Below, in pieces: positions 31,751 to 42,931 of a stretch of DNA of 64,000 bases. The notes beneath the pieces were generated by a model. That model worked only from the letters and a program-made list of their open reading frames with translations, did no database searches and was not told the DNA's origin. Both the position numbers and the translations under genes were made by a program. This stretch comes from an uncultured Chloroflexia bacterium (GTDB lineage Bacteria; Chloroflexota; Limnocylindria; Limnocylindrales; CSP1-4), in assembly GCA_963828165.1 (NCBI GenBank), contig CAWHDR010000001.1, positions 544,001-608,000 of the forward strand. Direction: 5' to 3'. Every line of letters begins with the position of its first letter. Within the stretch, counting starts at the first letter, position 1.

Positions 31751-34700
31751 ATGCGCGAGTTCCATGTTCGCCGGACGGCGCGCGAGCGCTACGCGATCGA
31801 TGACGCGCTGCTCGGCGCCCGTGGCGACCTCGTCGTCGCCGACCTCGCCGCGATCCGTCACCTCGCCGCGCGAATGAACTCGGTCCGGCCGGCGGGCGCG
31901 CCGTCGGTCGGGGCCGGCGAGATCGTGGCGCTCGGGCTGCTCCACGAGGTCGCCCACCTGCTGACCGCGCGGTTCGAGGCGCTCGCACGCGGGCACGATG
32001 TCGAGCGCGCTCCGCGACGTCCGCCGCCAGCTCGGGATCGAGGACGCCGACCTCGTGCTCGACCGCTTCGCCGCGGCCTTCCCGGGCGTCGGGCCGGAGC
32101 CCGAACCGGCCGTCGACCGCCTCGAGGAGCTGCTGCTCATCCGGGTCGCCAACGAGAACCCGGCCCTCGGGCCGCTGCGCGAGCTCGTCGACGACCGGGT
32201 CCTCCGCGAGGGCACACGCTACGACGACGTGGCCGCCGGCCTGGAGGCATCGCTTCGCCGGCGGGTGAGGGGCTGGAGCACCCGGACGGAACGAGGGCGT
32301 CGCTCGTCGAGCTGCTGCGGGCGCCGGCCCGGCAGGTGCCCGACCTCGCTCGCCGGCCAGCTGCGCTTCGTCCGGGAGCACTGGGGCGCGATCCTCGGCG
32401 CCGATCTCGACGCGCTCGTCGGCCGGCTGGACATCGCGATCGGCGTCCTTGCTGAGGAGGAGCGCGGCCTCCACCTGCGCTTCGGTGGTGGCGGTGGTGG
32501 CAAGGACCTGCCGCCGGATGTGCCGTCCTTCGCCGCTGCCGTCGTCGCCGATGAGGCGGAGGCCTTCTCCAGCGATTCGGCCTGGATGCCGCGCGTGGTG
32601 CTCATGGCCAAGAGCACGTACGTCTGGCTCGACCAGCTGTCTCGCCGCTACGGGCGGGACCTGCGCACGCTCGACGCCATCCCGGACGAGGAGCTCGACA
32701 TCGCTGGCGAGCTGGGGGGTGACCGGCCTGTGGCTGATCGGGCTGTGGCAGCGCTCGGTGGCGTCGGAGCGGATCAAGCGCATGCGCGGCAATGCCGGAT
32801 GCCGTCGCCTCGGCCTACTCCCTCGACGACTACCGGATCGCCGACGACCTCGGTGGCGAGGCGGCCTATGCGAACCTGCGCGACCGCGCGTGGGCGCGGG
32901 GCATCCGGCTGGCCAGCGACATGGTGCCCAACCACATGGGCATCGACTCGAGCTGGGTCATCGAGCACCCGGAGTGGTTCCTGTCCTTGCCCGAGCCGCC
33001 GTTCCCCGCCTACACCTACACCGGGCCGGACCTCTCGTCCGACTCGCGGGTCGGGATCGTGCTCGAGGATCACTACTGGGACGACAGCGACGCGGCCGTC
33101 GTGTTCAAGCGCTTCGACCTCGAGACCGGCGACGAGCGCTACGTCTACCACGGCAACGACGGCACGAGCTTTCCCTGGAACGACACGGCCCAGCTCGACT
33201 TCCTGTCGGCCGAGGTTCGCGAGCACGTGATCCAGGTCATCCTGGACGTCGCCCGCCGATTCCCGGTCATCCGGTTCGATGCGGCGATGGTCCTCGCCCG
33301 CAAGCACATCCAGCGGCTGTGGTGGCCGCTCCCGGGCTCCGGCGACGGCATCCCGTCGCGGGCGCAATACGCGATCTCGCAGGAGGAGTTCGACCGGCGG
33401 ATGCCGAACGAGTTCTGGCGCGAGGTCGTCGACCGGGTCGCGGCCGAAGTGCCGGACACGCTCCTGCTGGCCGAGGCGTTCTGGATGCTCGAGGGCTACT
33501 TCGTCCGCACGCTCGGCATGCACCGCGTCTACAACAGCGCGTTCATGCACATGCTCCGCGACGAGAACGGCGCCGGCTATCGCAAGCTCATCCGCGAGAC
33601 CCTCGAGTTCGATCCCGAGATCCTCAAGCGCTACGTGAACTTCATGAGCAACCCGGACGAGGAGACGGCGCTCGAGCAGTTCGGCAAGGGCGACAAGTAT
33701 TTCGGGGTCGCCACGGTCATGGCGACGCTGCCCGGGCTGCCGATGCTCGGCCATGGTCAAGTCGAGGGCTTCGCCGAGAAGTACGGCATGGAATTCCGGC
33801 GCGCGCGGCTCGATGAGCTGCCCGATCCGTCGCTCGTGGAGCGCCACCAGCGCGAGGTCTTCCCGCTGCTCCACCGGCGGGCGTGGTTCGCCGAGGCGCA
33901 CGACTTCCTGCTGTATGACCTCGTCACGGACGGAGGCGGCGTGGACGAGAGCGTGCTGGCCTACTCGAACGGCAGCGGCCCGACACGGTCGCTGGTCGTC
34001 TACCACACGCGGTTTGGCTCGATCGCGGGCACGATCCGCGAATCGGCAGCCTACGCGCGCAAGTCGGCGTCCGGCGCGAAGCGCTTGGTCCGCCGATCGC
34101 TGGCCGAGGGCCTCGGTCTCACGAACGATCCCTCGATGTTCGCGACGTTCCGCGACGCGAGGACGGGACTGCAGTACATCCGCCCGTCGCTGGAACTGTG
34201 GGAGCGCGGCCTGTGGCTATCGCTCGACGCGTACCAGGGCCACGTGTTCTGGGAGTTCGACGAGGTCCGCGACGGGACCGCGGGGCAGTGGCGGCACCTC
34301 GCCGAGCGACTGGCCGGCGCAGGCGTTCCGTCGCTCGACGACGCACTGGTCGAGCAGCAGCTGGAGCCGGTTCACGCGCCGCTCCGGGCCTGGTTCGAGG
34401 GCGGCCACGTGGCGGCGATCATCGATGGATCCGCGGGCGGCGCCGACGTCGACGCGCTGGAGGAGCGGGCCGCGGCGCTCCTGGCGGCCACGGCCGAGTC
34501 GACCGGGGTTGGCGGTGACCCCGTCGCCGTGGCCGGGGAGGTCCGCGACCTGGTCGCGGAGGCCCTGCTTTCCCGCAGCGGAGCCCGTAACGACCGACGC
34601 CGAACCGCTCACTCGCGACGACCGCGCCGCGCTCCTGCTCTACCTCGTGCTGTCCCGCCTCGGTGCATTGGCCCCTGGCGCCGACGTCGCGGCCACGAGC

Positions 34701-35168
34701 CTTGCCTGGTACGACGAGCTGCGGCTGGCGCCGGTCGTGGCCGACGGCCTGCGGTCCGCCGGCCTGGATGACCCCGTGGCGTCGGCGGTCGCCGGCATGG
34801 TTCATTCGCTGCTGGCGTTGCCTCGTCCATCCGGGCTGCGCGGCCGCGGGCCCCGGCGCGAGCTCCATGTGCTGGAACGCTGGCTGGCGAGCGAGCCCAT
34901 CCGCCAGGCGATGGGTGTCCACATCTGGGACGGCGATGAATGGCTCGACGGCGACCGCTTCGCAGCCCTGCTCGGCTGGGCACAGCGGCTCGACGCGATC
35001 GAGACGGGCGCACCAGCGGACCCGAAGCTCACGGCGCGACTCCTGGCGGCCGCGGAGGCCACCGGCCATCGCGTGGACCAACTACGCGCCGCACTCAGCG
35101 AGCTTCGTCCGGCCGCACAAACCCGGTCCACGTCCCGGCGACCCACTCCGCCTCGAGACAGGCCATGA
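31751..35168 (+). CDS. Large GH13 alpha-amylase-family protein, frameshifts
   Basis: LASDMVPNHMG, WNDTAQL, IRFDAAM and LLAEAFW motifs. Confidence 0.88.
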
Positions 35169-35382
35169 TCACTTCGAGTCGCTCGCCCTCGAGGTCCGGA
35201 TAGAGCCTGCGAAGCAAGAATCTGGCGCGTTCCAGCTCGGTCATCGCGCCCGCACGATCGGCCTGTGCCCAGACACGCGCGAACCCCTTCGCCCGGAGTC
35301 GATCGTGCGTCGCCCGGCGGCCTTCCAAGCCGGCCTCGACAAGTCGCCGGTCCAGGAGGGTCTGATCGCTGCTATTTGCCAC
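35095..35382 (-). CDS. Small hypothetical protein, possible antitoxin partner
   Basis: GTG start overlapping the end of the upstream nucleotidyltransferase gene; helical 95-aa product. Confidence 0.55.
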   Translation of the reverse strand: MANSSDQTLLDRRLVEAGLEGRRATHDRLRAKGFARVWAQADRAGAMTELERARFLLRRLYPDLEGERLEVIMACLEAEWVAGTWTGFVRPDEAR

Positions 35383-35905
35383 GGATGCGCTCCAGCAATG
35401 GTTCGATCCCCAGGATGACGGCGAACCGACCGATGTATTCCCAGTCGAGGTTCGGCTGGATGCGCACGATCGATGCCGAGTCTCGCAGCTGCCTCTCCGA
35501 GGCGCCACCGTCCGACCATGCGAGCTTTGCGAGAATCAGGTCTTCGGGGCTGATGAACCAGGCCTGACCCAGTGCGGGGTCGTCGACGAGGCGGCGACGC
35601 TCGAAAGCGGCGAGTCCCCACGGATCGGTGCGCCGCATGATGAGATCGGCCTTGTGCACCTCCGTCCGATGGATGACGGAGCCATAGCCGCGATCGTCGA
35701 CCACGATCAGCTCGTTGACGAGATACGCGTCCTCGAACGCCGGGCGGATGACCGTCTCGTACCGTTCGGGCGCGAGGTCCGTGACGATGTCGATATCGAG
35801 AGACTGGCGGGGCTCCGCCCATACAGCGAGCGCCTCCGACCCGGTGACGTAGTATCCGACGCCGGCTCGCTCCAGGCGCTCGACGATGTCGCGCTCGACG
35901 CTCAT
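35372..35905 (-). CDS. Pol-beta-superfamily nucleotidyltransferase (AbiEii/MenT-like)
   Basis: YYVTGSEA...PRQSLDIDIV and SPEDLILAKL...RQLRD motifs; ATGA coupling to the DUF885 gene. Confidence 0.75.
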   Translation of the reverse strand: MSVERDIVERLERAGVGYYVTGSEALAVWAEPRQSLDIDIVTDLAPERYETVIRPAFEDAYLVNELIVVDDRGYGSVIHRTEVHKADLIMRRTDPWGLAAFERRRLVDDPALGQAWFISPEDLILAKLAWSDGGASERQLRDSASIVRIQPNLDWEYIGRFAVILGIEPLLERIRGK

Positions 35906-37659
35906 TCGAACAGGATCCGCCTCAATAGCGACGTCGGCGGCGACCCGTGCCCGATGACGGCCTCGAGGTGCGGCCGGTAGCGAAAGCCCGGCGTCTCGCC
36001 GAATCCGCCGGGGAGGCCGTTCGCCGCGATCGTCGACGGGTCGGCGCCGGCGGCTGCGGCGGCACGGCGGCGCGCCTCCAGCTCGATGTCCCACATCTCC
36101 AGGGAGCCGGCGAAATAGGTCGACAGCTGCGTCGAGGAGAGTCGAGCGCGATCGAACTTCGCGCGTGCCTCCGCCTCCTCCTGGAAGCCGCCATCGACCA
36201 TGAGCGCCACGGCCTCGTCTTCGGTCATGCCGGCGGTGTGGATGCGCGCATCGATGATCGCGTTCGTGACCGAGCGCAGGTAGAACTTCCAGTGGGTCAG
36301 GAGCAGCGCCCCGTCGTCCGCACCGTAGCCGGCGTCCATCATCACCTGGGTCACGTACACGGCCCAGCCCTCGGCGAACAGGCCGCTCGAGAAGATCGCG
36401 CGCGGCAGCGACTCCGATCGGTTGCGCGTAGACGCCCTGCAGGTAGTGCCCCGGGACCGCCTCGTGGATCGTCAGCAGCCGTAGCATCCGTGCGTTGTCT
36501 TCGCGCAGGTACGACTCCTTGCGCTCGGGCGGCCAGTCGTCGGGCATCGGGGTGATCGCGAAAAAGGCTTTCTGGCCCTTGTCCAGCGGTCCCGGCGAGA
36601 TGAGCATCGCGCCACCGAACGCACGCAGGAACGTCGGCGTCCAGCGGATGTCGAGCGGCTCGTCGACCAGGCCCGACGAGGTCCCGATCGAGGCAGAACG
36701 CCTCGATCCGGGCGTTTTCCGCGCGGCAGAAGTCGAGTAGCTCGTCCGCCCGGGGATGCTCGGCCGCGATCGCGTCGAGCACCTCGCGCACGATCGCGCC
36801 GTCGTCGTCGGGGAGCGGGCTGCCTCGCCGCCATCTCGGCCAGAGCTGCCTCGCCAGGCGGATCAGTTCCGCGCGAACGACGTCGAATTCGTCCTCGGCG
36901 GCGGCGAGGATCCGTTCGGCGGTCAGCGTCTCGGACCGCATCGTGTGGCGCATCTTGCGAGCGAACAGGTCCGCGCCCAGGCGACCCTCCCCCTCGCTGC
37001 GTGGCAGGACGTCGTCGTTGAGGTGGCGCTGGAATCCATCCAACGCGGCCTTGGCATCCGATGCGGCCGCCGTCAGCCGCTTGCGAAGCGCGGCGACCGC
37101 AGGGTCAGCGGGCGCCGCACGCTCGGCCTCGGCCAGGGCGTCGTCGACGAGCTCGGCGATCCCGGGGAGCTGTTCGAGGGCTTTCTCGGTCTGGAACCGC
37201 GCCGACCGGCCGTCCATCGCCGGGGCCCCGGAGGGCGACCACGGCGCCATCGAGGACCGTCCGGATCCCCTCGAGCCTCCCCGCAACGGACGCCAGACGC
37301 TCGGCGAGTGGCGCGAAATCGCGGGCGATGAGCGGAAAGATCCCGTCGCCCAGCAGGTACACCCACTGCAACGGGTCCCAGGTCTCGTCCCGCAGCTCGG
37401 TGTCGGCGAACCGCTCGGCCTCGAGCTCCATGACCAGCAGGTCGCGGTCGATGGCGTCACCGGCCGCGAGGCCGGCCCCGAGCCCCTGGAACGTCTCTCG
37501 CCACCGATCGACGAAGTCGAGCCTTGCCGTCCGGCCGGCCTCGGTCACGTCCGGCCAGCGATCGTCGTAGCGGTGATCGCCGATCGCGGTGGCCGCCGTC
37601 GGGTGGAGCGCGACGTACTCCTCGAGGAACGATGCGAAGTGGTCACCGAACGTGGGCAT
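35902..37659 (-). CDS. DUF885 family protein, frameshifts
   Basis: PTAATAIGDHRYDDRWPD, HEAVPGHYLQ and STQLSTYF motifs. Confidence 0.88.
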
Positions 37660-37715
37660 CCGCAGAGTCTACGGACCGGGTGGCGACCGGGTACAGGACC
37701 GCTACCATCGCGGGC

Positions 37716-38318
37716 ATGGCAGCTCCCGCCCAGACCTGGGTCACGCCCGTCACGCTCGACGGGTCCCGCGTTCGGCTCGAGCCGCTCGAGGCACGCCACC
37801 TCGACGAGCTCAAGGACGTCGCCTTCGACGACGCCATCTGGCGCTGGACGATCGCCAAGCCGATCGATGAACCGGCGCTGCGGGCGTGGTTCGAGTCGGC
37901 CCGGACCAACGCCGACGCCGGCACGGAGGTGCCGTTCGCGACCGTCGACACCGCGAGCGGCCGGGCGATCGGGAGTACCCGGTTCATGACCATCACGCCC
38001 GAGCACCGGCGCCTCGAGATCGGCTGGACCTGGGTGGGGACGGCGTATCAGCGCTCGGGCGCGAACCGGGAGGCGAAGCTCCTCCAGCTGACCCATGCGT
38101 TCGAGACGCTCGACGCCGAGCGTGTCGAGTTCAAGACGCACGCCCGCAACGAACGGTCGCGTGGCGCGCTCCTGGGCATCGGGGCGACCTTCGAAGGTGT
38201 CCTCCGCCACCACACGATCATGCCCGACGGCTCGAACCGCGACTCGGCGTTCTACAGCGTGCTCGCCGGGGAGTGGCCCAGCGTCAAGGCACGCCTCGAG
38301 GGGCTACTCGCCCGTTGA
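37716..38318 (+). CDS. GNAT (RimJ/RimL-type) acetyltransferase
   Basis: LEIGWTW, NREAKLLQL, NERSRGAL and FEGVLR motifs. Confidence 0.9.
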   Translation: MAAPAQTWVTPVTLDGSRVRLEPLEARHLDELKDVAFDDAIWRWTIAKPIDEPALRAWFESARTNADAGTEVPFATVDTASGRAIGSTRFMTITPEHRRLEIGWTWVGTAYQRSGANREAKLLQLTHAFETLDAERVEFKTHARNERSRGALLGIGATFEGVLRHHTIMPDGSNRDSAFYSVLAGEWPSVKARLEGLLAR

Positions 38319-39323
38319 CCGAGATCACGACGACCGACTACCACACCGGCGGAGAGCCATTCCGGATCGTGACCGGCGGTGTCCCGCCGCTCGAAGGCGG
38401 GACGGTGCCGGAGCGCCGCCGTTGGGCGGCGGCGAACATCGACGAGCGTCCGCCAGCTCCTTGTGAACGAGCCGCGCGGTCACGCCGACATGTACGGCGG
38501 CTTCGTCACGCCGCCCGACGACGCCGACGGTGATCTGGGCGTCGTGTTCTTCCATAACGAGGGCTATTCGACGGCGTGCGGTCACGGGACGATCGCGCTG
38601 GTGACCTGGGCGATCGACACCGGTCGGGTCGCGGCCGCATCCGGCACCCGTGAGGTGGCGGTCACGGTCGACGTGCCGTCGGGCCGGCTCGCGTGCACGG
38701 CACGCCTGGACGGCAACGGTCGAGTCGAGGCGGTGCGCTTCCGAAACGTCCCCTCGTTCGTGCTTGCGCGCGACGTGGAGGTGGAGACGAGCCGGGGCCG
38801 GTTGACCCTGGACGTCGGGTTCGGCGGCGCGTTCTACGGATCGATGGATGTGCGGACGCTCGGGCTCCGTGTCGAGCCGCGAGCCCTCCCCGAGCTGATC
38901 GCCCTGCAACGCGAGCTCCGCCCCGCCCTGGATGGCGCGCTCGAGGTCGTCCACCCCGACCAACCGGACCTCCTGGGCATCTACGGCGTCATCTTCTGGG
39001 AGCCGGTCGAGGGCGAGGGCGGTGCCCAGCGCAACGTCACGGTCTTCGCCGACGGCGAAGTCGACCGGTCGCCGTGCGGATCCGGCACGTCGGCGCGGCT
39101 CGCGATCCTCCACGCCCGCGGGGAGATCGGCTTGGGCGAGACGCTCCGCCATCGATCGATCGTCGATTCGGTCTTCGATGCACGCGTGATCCAGGCTGGT
39201 CCGCCGGTCGGCGGCCACACGACGGTCGTCACCGAGATCGAGGGCGCAGCCTTTCGAACCGGCGAGCACACGTTCGTCCTGGACGATCGCGACCCACTCG
39301 GGCGCGGATTCCTGCTGCGCTGA
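38315..39323 (+). CDS. Proline racemase / hydroxyproline epimerase family, frameshift at about 38445
   Basis: DYHTGGEPFR, EPRGHADMYG, STACGHG and DRSPCGSG motifs (Cys/Cys pair). Confidence 0.9.
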
Positions 39324-39369
39324 GCGACTATCCTCGGCGCACACCGATCCATCGCCCAGTCAGGAGGAC

Positions 39370-39762
39370 GTGTTGAGAGGCTTCGTCATCGGTACGGCCG
39401 TGACGGCCGTCGCCTTCTACATCCTGGTCACGCTGCTCCCGGACATGTTCGCCTACGACGGCGGGATCACGGCGCTGATCGTCATCTCGATCATCTTCGG
39501 GATCGTCAACGGGCTGATCGGCCCGATCGTCAAGCTGCTCGCCCTGCCGATCAGGCTGGCGACCCTCGGCCTCGTCGGCTTCCTCATCAACGGCGGGCTG
39601 CTGCTGCTGACCGCCTGGCTGTCCGACCTCGCCGGTTTTCCGCTGCACGTCGGCGATTTCCCGCCGGACCTGCTGACCGTCGACACGCTCATCGCGGCGA
39701 TCGTCGGGGCCGTCGTCCTGTCCATCACTTCGTCCGTCATCCGGCTTGTCGTCCCCGACTGA
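39370..39762 (+). CDS. YvlD-like 4-TM membrane protein (phage holin family 4_2)
   Basis: IFGIVNGLIGPIVKLLALP..TLGL...ING pattern. Confidence 0.85.
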   Translation: MLRGFVIGTAVTAVAFYILVTLLPDMFAYDGGITALIVISIIFGIVNGLIGPIVKLLALPIRLATLGLVGFLINGGLLLLTAWLSDLAGFPLHVGDFPPDLLTVDTLIAAIVGAVVLSITSSVIRLVVPD

Positions 39763-41024
39763 GACGCCCATCGAGGAGTCGCTCCGCGTCGCGGCCCGGC
39801 GATACGGAACGCCCCTCTTCGTCACCGACCTTGCGACGGTCGACGCCGCCTGTGCGGCCGCCACAGCGGCGTTCCCGGACCCGATCATCCGGCAGTACTC
39901 GGTCAAGGCGAACGACGTGCCGGCCGTCATCGCGCGCGTCGCTTCGCGCGGGTTCGGCGCGAACGTCGTTTCGCGCGGCGAGTGGGCATTGGCCCGCCGC
40001 GCCGGCGTGCCGAACGGCCGGATCACGCTGGAGGGCGTCGGCAAGACGCCCGCCGACCTCCGTGACGCCGCGCGTGCCGCCGCGGCAGGCTCCCCGCTGC
40101 GCTGGATCGCGCTGGAATCGCCGGAAGAGGCCCGGGCGCTCGCTCTCGCGGTGCGTCGGACCAGGAAGGCCGGGTTACGCATCGATGCCCTGTACCGGCT
40201 GAATCCGGACGTCGCACCGGAGACCCTCGCCGGGCTCGCCGTGGGATCCGGTGCCAGCAAGTTCGGCATGACCGAGACCGAGATCGGGGAGGCGATCGAG
40301 GCGGGTGGCGGGCCCGACGGTCCGCTTCGCCCGCGCGGCATCCACCTGCATGTCGGGTCGCAGCTCGGTGCCGTCGATGCCTGGCGGGATGCCGTCCGCA
40401 AGGCCATCGCGATGGCCGCGTTGTGGCGCGGCTCGATCGAGACCTTCGACACCGTCGACCTGGGCGGCGGGTTCCCGGTGCTCCCAACGGACCAGCCGGC
40501 CCCGACCGTCGAGCGTTTTGCGCGCGAGCTGCCTGCCGCGCTCGAGACCGTCCCGGACGATCGTCGCCCGACCCGCCTGGCGATCGAACCGGGTCGGGCG
40601 CTCGTGGCCCGAGCCGGGTGGCTGGTCGCTCGGGTGCTCCACGTGCGCGACCGGGGCGGTCGACAGGTCGTCATCGACGCCGGCATGACCGAGCTCATTC
40701 GGCCCGCGCTCTACGGGGCGCGCCATCCGATCGTGGCCCTCACGTCGCTCGGCCGGGCCGTGGAGCCAGGAGCCGCGGCCGGGCGGGGTGCCGAGCCCGC
40801 GCGCGTCGAGGGTCCGATCTGCGAGTCGACGGACTCGCTGGGCACGCATGACCTTCCGCCTCTTCGCCGGGGCGACCTCGTGGCCATCGCCGATGCGGGC
40901 GCCTACGCCGCGTCACTCGGCTCCGCGTACAACGGGCGGCCACGCCCCCCGCAGATCATGCGGGCACCTGATGGCAGCCTCACGGTCGGTCGCCGGCGCG
41001 GCAGCTCTCGCCTCCTTGGGTTGA
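39746..41024 (+). CDS. lysA: Diaminopimelate decarboxylase (stop at 41024 if a terminal indel is corrected; ORF track gives 41083)
   Basis: YGTPLFV, YSVKAN, SKFG, HLHVGSQ, DLGGG, EPGR, GPICESTD and GAY motifs. Confidence 0.85.
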
Positions 41025-41114
41025 GGAGCCGGCGGCCCCGCCGCCGATATCCCGGGAGGTGGCACAAAGCGACCCCTTGGTGATGTGGTCGCAATTGAGG
41101 CATCATTCGCCGTC

Positions 41115-41552
41115 ATGGACGATCTCGCCCGACGCATGGCCGATCTTGGCGCACCGGACCCGGACTCGTGGGCGGAGTCGGAGATTACCGAGAACATCGC
41201 TCAACAGGCTCGATACATCTTCCTCCGCTCGATCTGGCCTGAGATCATCGACCCGTATTCGGATGAAAGCGTCGTCCGCCAGATACCCGCCGCCGCGCGA
41301 CTCCTCGACGCCGGCGCGTCCATGGCGCACCTGTCGACCGCGTTGCGGGCGGTCGCCTACGAGACGGCGTTTGGTGTCGTCGAAAGGGTGGACGAGGGTC
41401 GTGACCCTGAAGCGCCCGATGACGCGCCTGGGTGGCTCCTCATGGAGACCGACGCGGAGCCGAAGTTGACGGGTCGAGACATCGGCGGCTTGCACGAGAG
41501 TTTGCTCTCGCTCGACCCTAGCGGGCGCGAAGGATCGGACCTCTCGGAGTAG
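41115..41552 (+). CDS. Hypothetical protein (array unit 0)
   Basis: Acidic 145-aa ORF ending GRDIGGLHESLLSLDPSGRE.. Confidence 0.75.
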   Translation: MDDLARRMADLGAPDPDSWAESEITENIAQQARYIFLRSIWPEIIDPYSDESVVRQIPAAARLLDAGASMAHLSTALRAVAYETAFGVVERVDEGRDPEAPDDAPGWLLMETDAEPKLTGRDIGGLHESLLSLDPSGREGSDLSE

Positions 41553-41582
41553 CTCGACTCACCGAACGCGCAAACCGACCCG

Positions 41583-41608
41583 GTGTCATTGGCGCACGCT
41601 GAGCGACG
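41583..41608 (+). repeat. Array site A
   Basis: GTGTCATTGGCGCACGCTGAGCGACG. Confidence 0.85.
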
Positions 41609-41712
41609 GCTGGGTGCGGTCTCCCGGGGCAAACCATGCCCCCACCGTGGCCTCGGCGTCCCAGGGGTCCTATGTCGATGCTGGACGTGCCTACAATTCG
41701 TCGGAGGTGACC

Positions 41713-42114
41713 GTGAGCTGGGACCTTATGCTGTTGCCGTTCGACCCAGATTGGACCACCGCCGAGGAGATCCCGAGCGATTGGTCCCCTGGCGTCTTGG
41801 GGCCACGTGGAACCGTCGTCGCCGCAATTTCCGAGGTGTTCCCCGGTGCAACTGAGGATGCGGTCGGGGTATTCACGCTGCCGGACGACGGAACCGAGAT
41901 ATTGGTTGGGACCGAGGACCCGACCGACGGAGTCAACGTCTCGCTGTATGGCGGCGTTTCCCCGTCGACGATGGAGCGATTGGTCCAGTTCGCAACAATC
42001 CTGGGAACCCGTGCCCTTGATACCCAAACGGCCGAGTTCCTGACGGCGGTTGGCGGTGCCAACAGCTACTCGACGTGGCTGGACTGGAAGAACCGGGTCC
42101 TGGCGTCCGAGTAG
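41713..42114 (+). CDS. Hypothetical protein (unit 1)
   Basis: GGAGG RBS with GTG start; MSWDLMLLPF...RALDTQTAEFL. Confidence 0.75.
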   Translation: MSWDLMLLPFDPDWTTAEEIPSDWSPGVLGPRGTVVAAISEVFPGATEDAVGVFTLPDDGTEILVGTEDPTDGVNVSLYGGVSPSTMERLVQFATILGTRALDTQTAEFLTAVGGANSYSTWLDWKNRVLASE

Positions 42115-42158
42115 GCGGGTTTCCTGTATCGGGCACTGAGTGACGCGCGCGTGTCCTA

Positions 42159-42184
42159 GTGTCATTGGCGGACGCTTTGCGACG
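42159..42184 (+). repeat. Array site B (preceded by a right half-site at 42131-42145)
   Basis: GTGTCATTGGCGGACGCTTTGCGACG; half-site GGGCACTGAGTGACG. Confidence 0.85.
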
Positions 42185-42206
42185 GAGCCTTCCCTACACT
42201 CCGCCA

Positions 42207-42475
42207 ATGGAAGACTTGGACCTGGACCGGCTCACGAAACTGGCGTCAGACGCAAGGCCGGTCCAGGGGTCCTTGGTGGAGGGACGAGACTTCACGAGCG
42301 GCGACAGTATCATTCGAACCGCTGCCGACGGTGATGACTCGGACCTGTACATAGGCGGTGGGCCGAATCGCATCGAAGATCAGGAGCTCATCGCGGCGGC
42401 TCGAAAACCGCAGTGCCGTTGCTGCTCGATGAGGTTCGTCGCCTCCGGGCGCTCCTGAGCGATCGCAGCGGATGA
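42207..42475 (+). CDS. Small hypothetical protein (unit 2), probable frameshift at about 42405
   Basis: MEDLDL...VEGRDFTSGDSII...DQELIAAAR, then AVPLLLDEVRRLR in another frame, stopping at TGA inside site C. Confidence 0.65.
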
Positions 42476-42497
42476 CATTCACGCATGCTGACTGACC
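42472..42497 (+). repeat. Array site C
   Basis: ATGACATTCACGCATGCTGACTGACC. Confidence 0.75.
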
Positions 42498-42874
42498 AAC
42501 GCCAGCCGCATCCACGACAGGCCCAGATCGCTCAGGCGGACATGGCTGCATGGCTCGCGTATCCCACAGAGTTGGAACAGCAGCCCGACGAAATACAGCT
42601 CATCCAAACGATCGAACTCCCGACGAGCGAGGGGCCTAGCGACCTTTTCGTCTTTCAATTCCGAACTGACGATCCCCATTGGGCCGCCCGATCAGGATGG
42701 ATGATCGGCGTTGCGGGTCCGTACCTCAGAGCACTCCAGCCGACCAACCTCGGGCTCGGCTTCACGTTTTCGCGGCTGTCACCCGAAGATGCCATGACGC
42801 TCGAAGACCATGTCGACGAGCTGATCGGCTCCGTGGCCGACTTTGTTTCGCGCTCCACAAGGTCGCGGGATTGA
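42485..42874 (+). CDS. Hypothetical protein (unit 3); ATG lies inside site C
   Basis: ADMAAWLAYPTELEQQPDEI...FRTDDPHWAARSGWMIGVAGP. Confidence 0.65.
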   Translation: MLTDQRQPHPRQAQIAQADMAAWLAYPTELEQQPDEIQLIQTIELPTSEGPSDLFVFQFRTDDPHWAARSGWMIGVAGPYLRALQPTNLGLGFTFSRLSPEDAMTLEDHVDELIGSVADFVSRSTRSRD

Positions 42875-42887
42875 CCGGCGCGCTCAA

Positions 42888-42913
42888 GTGACATTCCCGT
42901 ACGCATTGCGAAG
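42888..42913 (+). repeat. Array site D
   Basis: GTGACATTCCCGTACGCATTGCGAAG. Confidence 0.8.
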
Positions 42914-42931
42914 AATCCGTAACCTCCTGAC

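Noticed and set aside
21295-39323. Dense frameshifts in glgA, glgP, both GH57 genes, GH13, DUF885 and others, suggesting mass pseudogenisation or programmed frameshifting
   Set aside because: The breaks are single-base indels with catalytic motifs intact and a regional concentration, which is typical of low-coverage long-read error. Read-level polishing would settle it.
39370-39762. Holin-family gene as evidence of a prophage
   Set aside because: YvlD-like proteins are common chromosomal membrane proteins. This one is in an operon with lysA and there are no phage genes.
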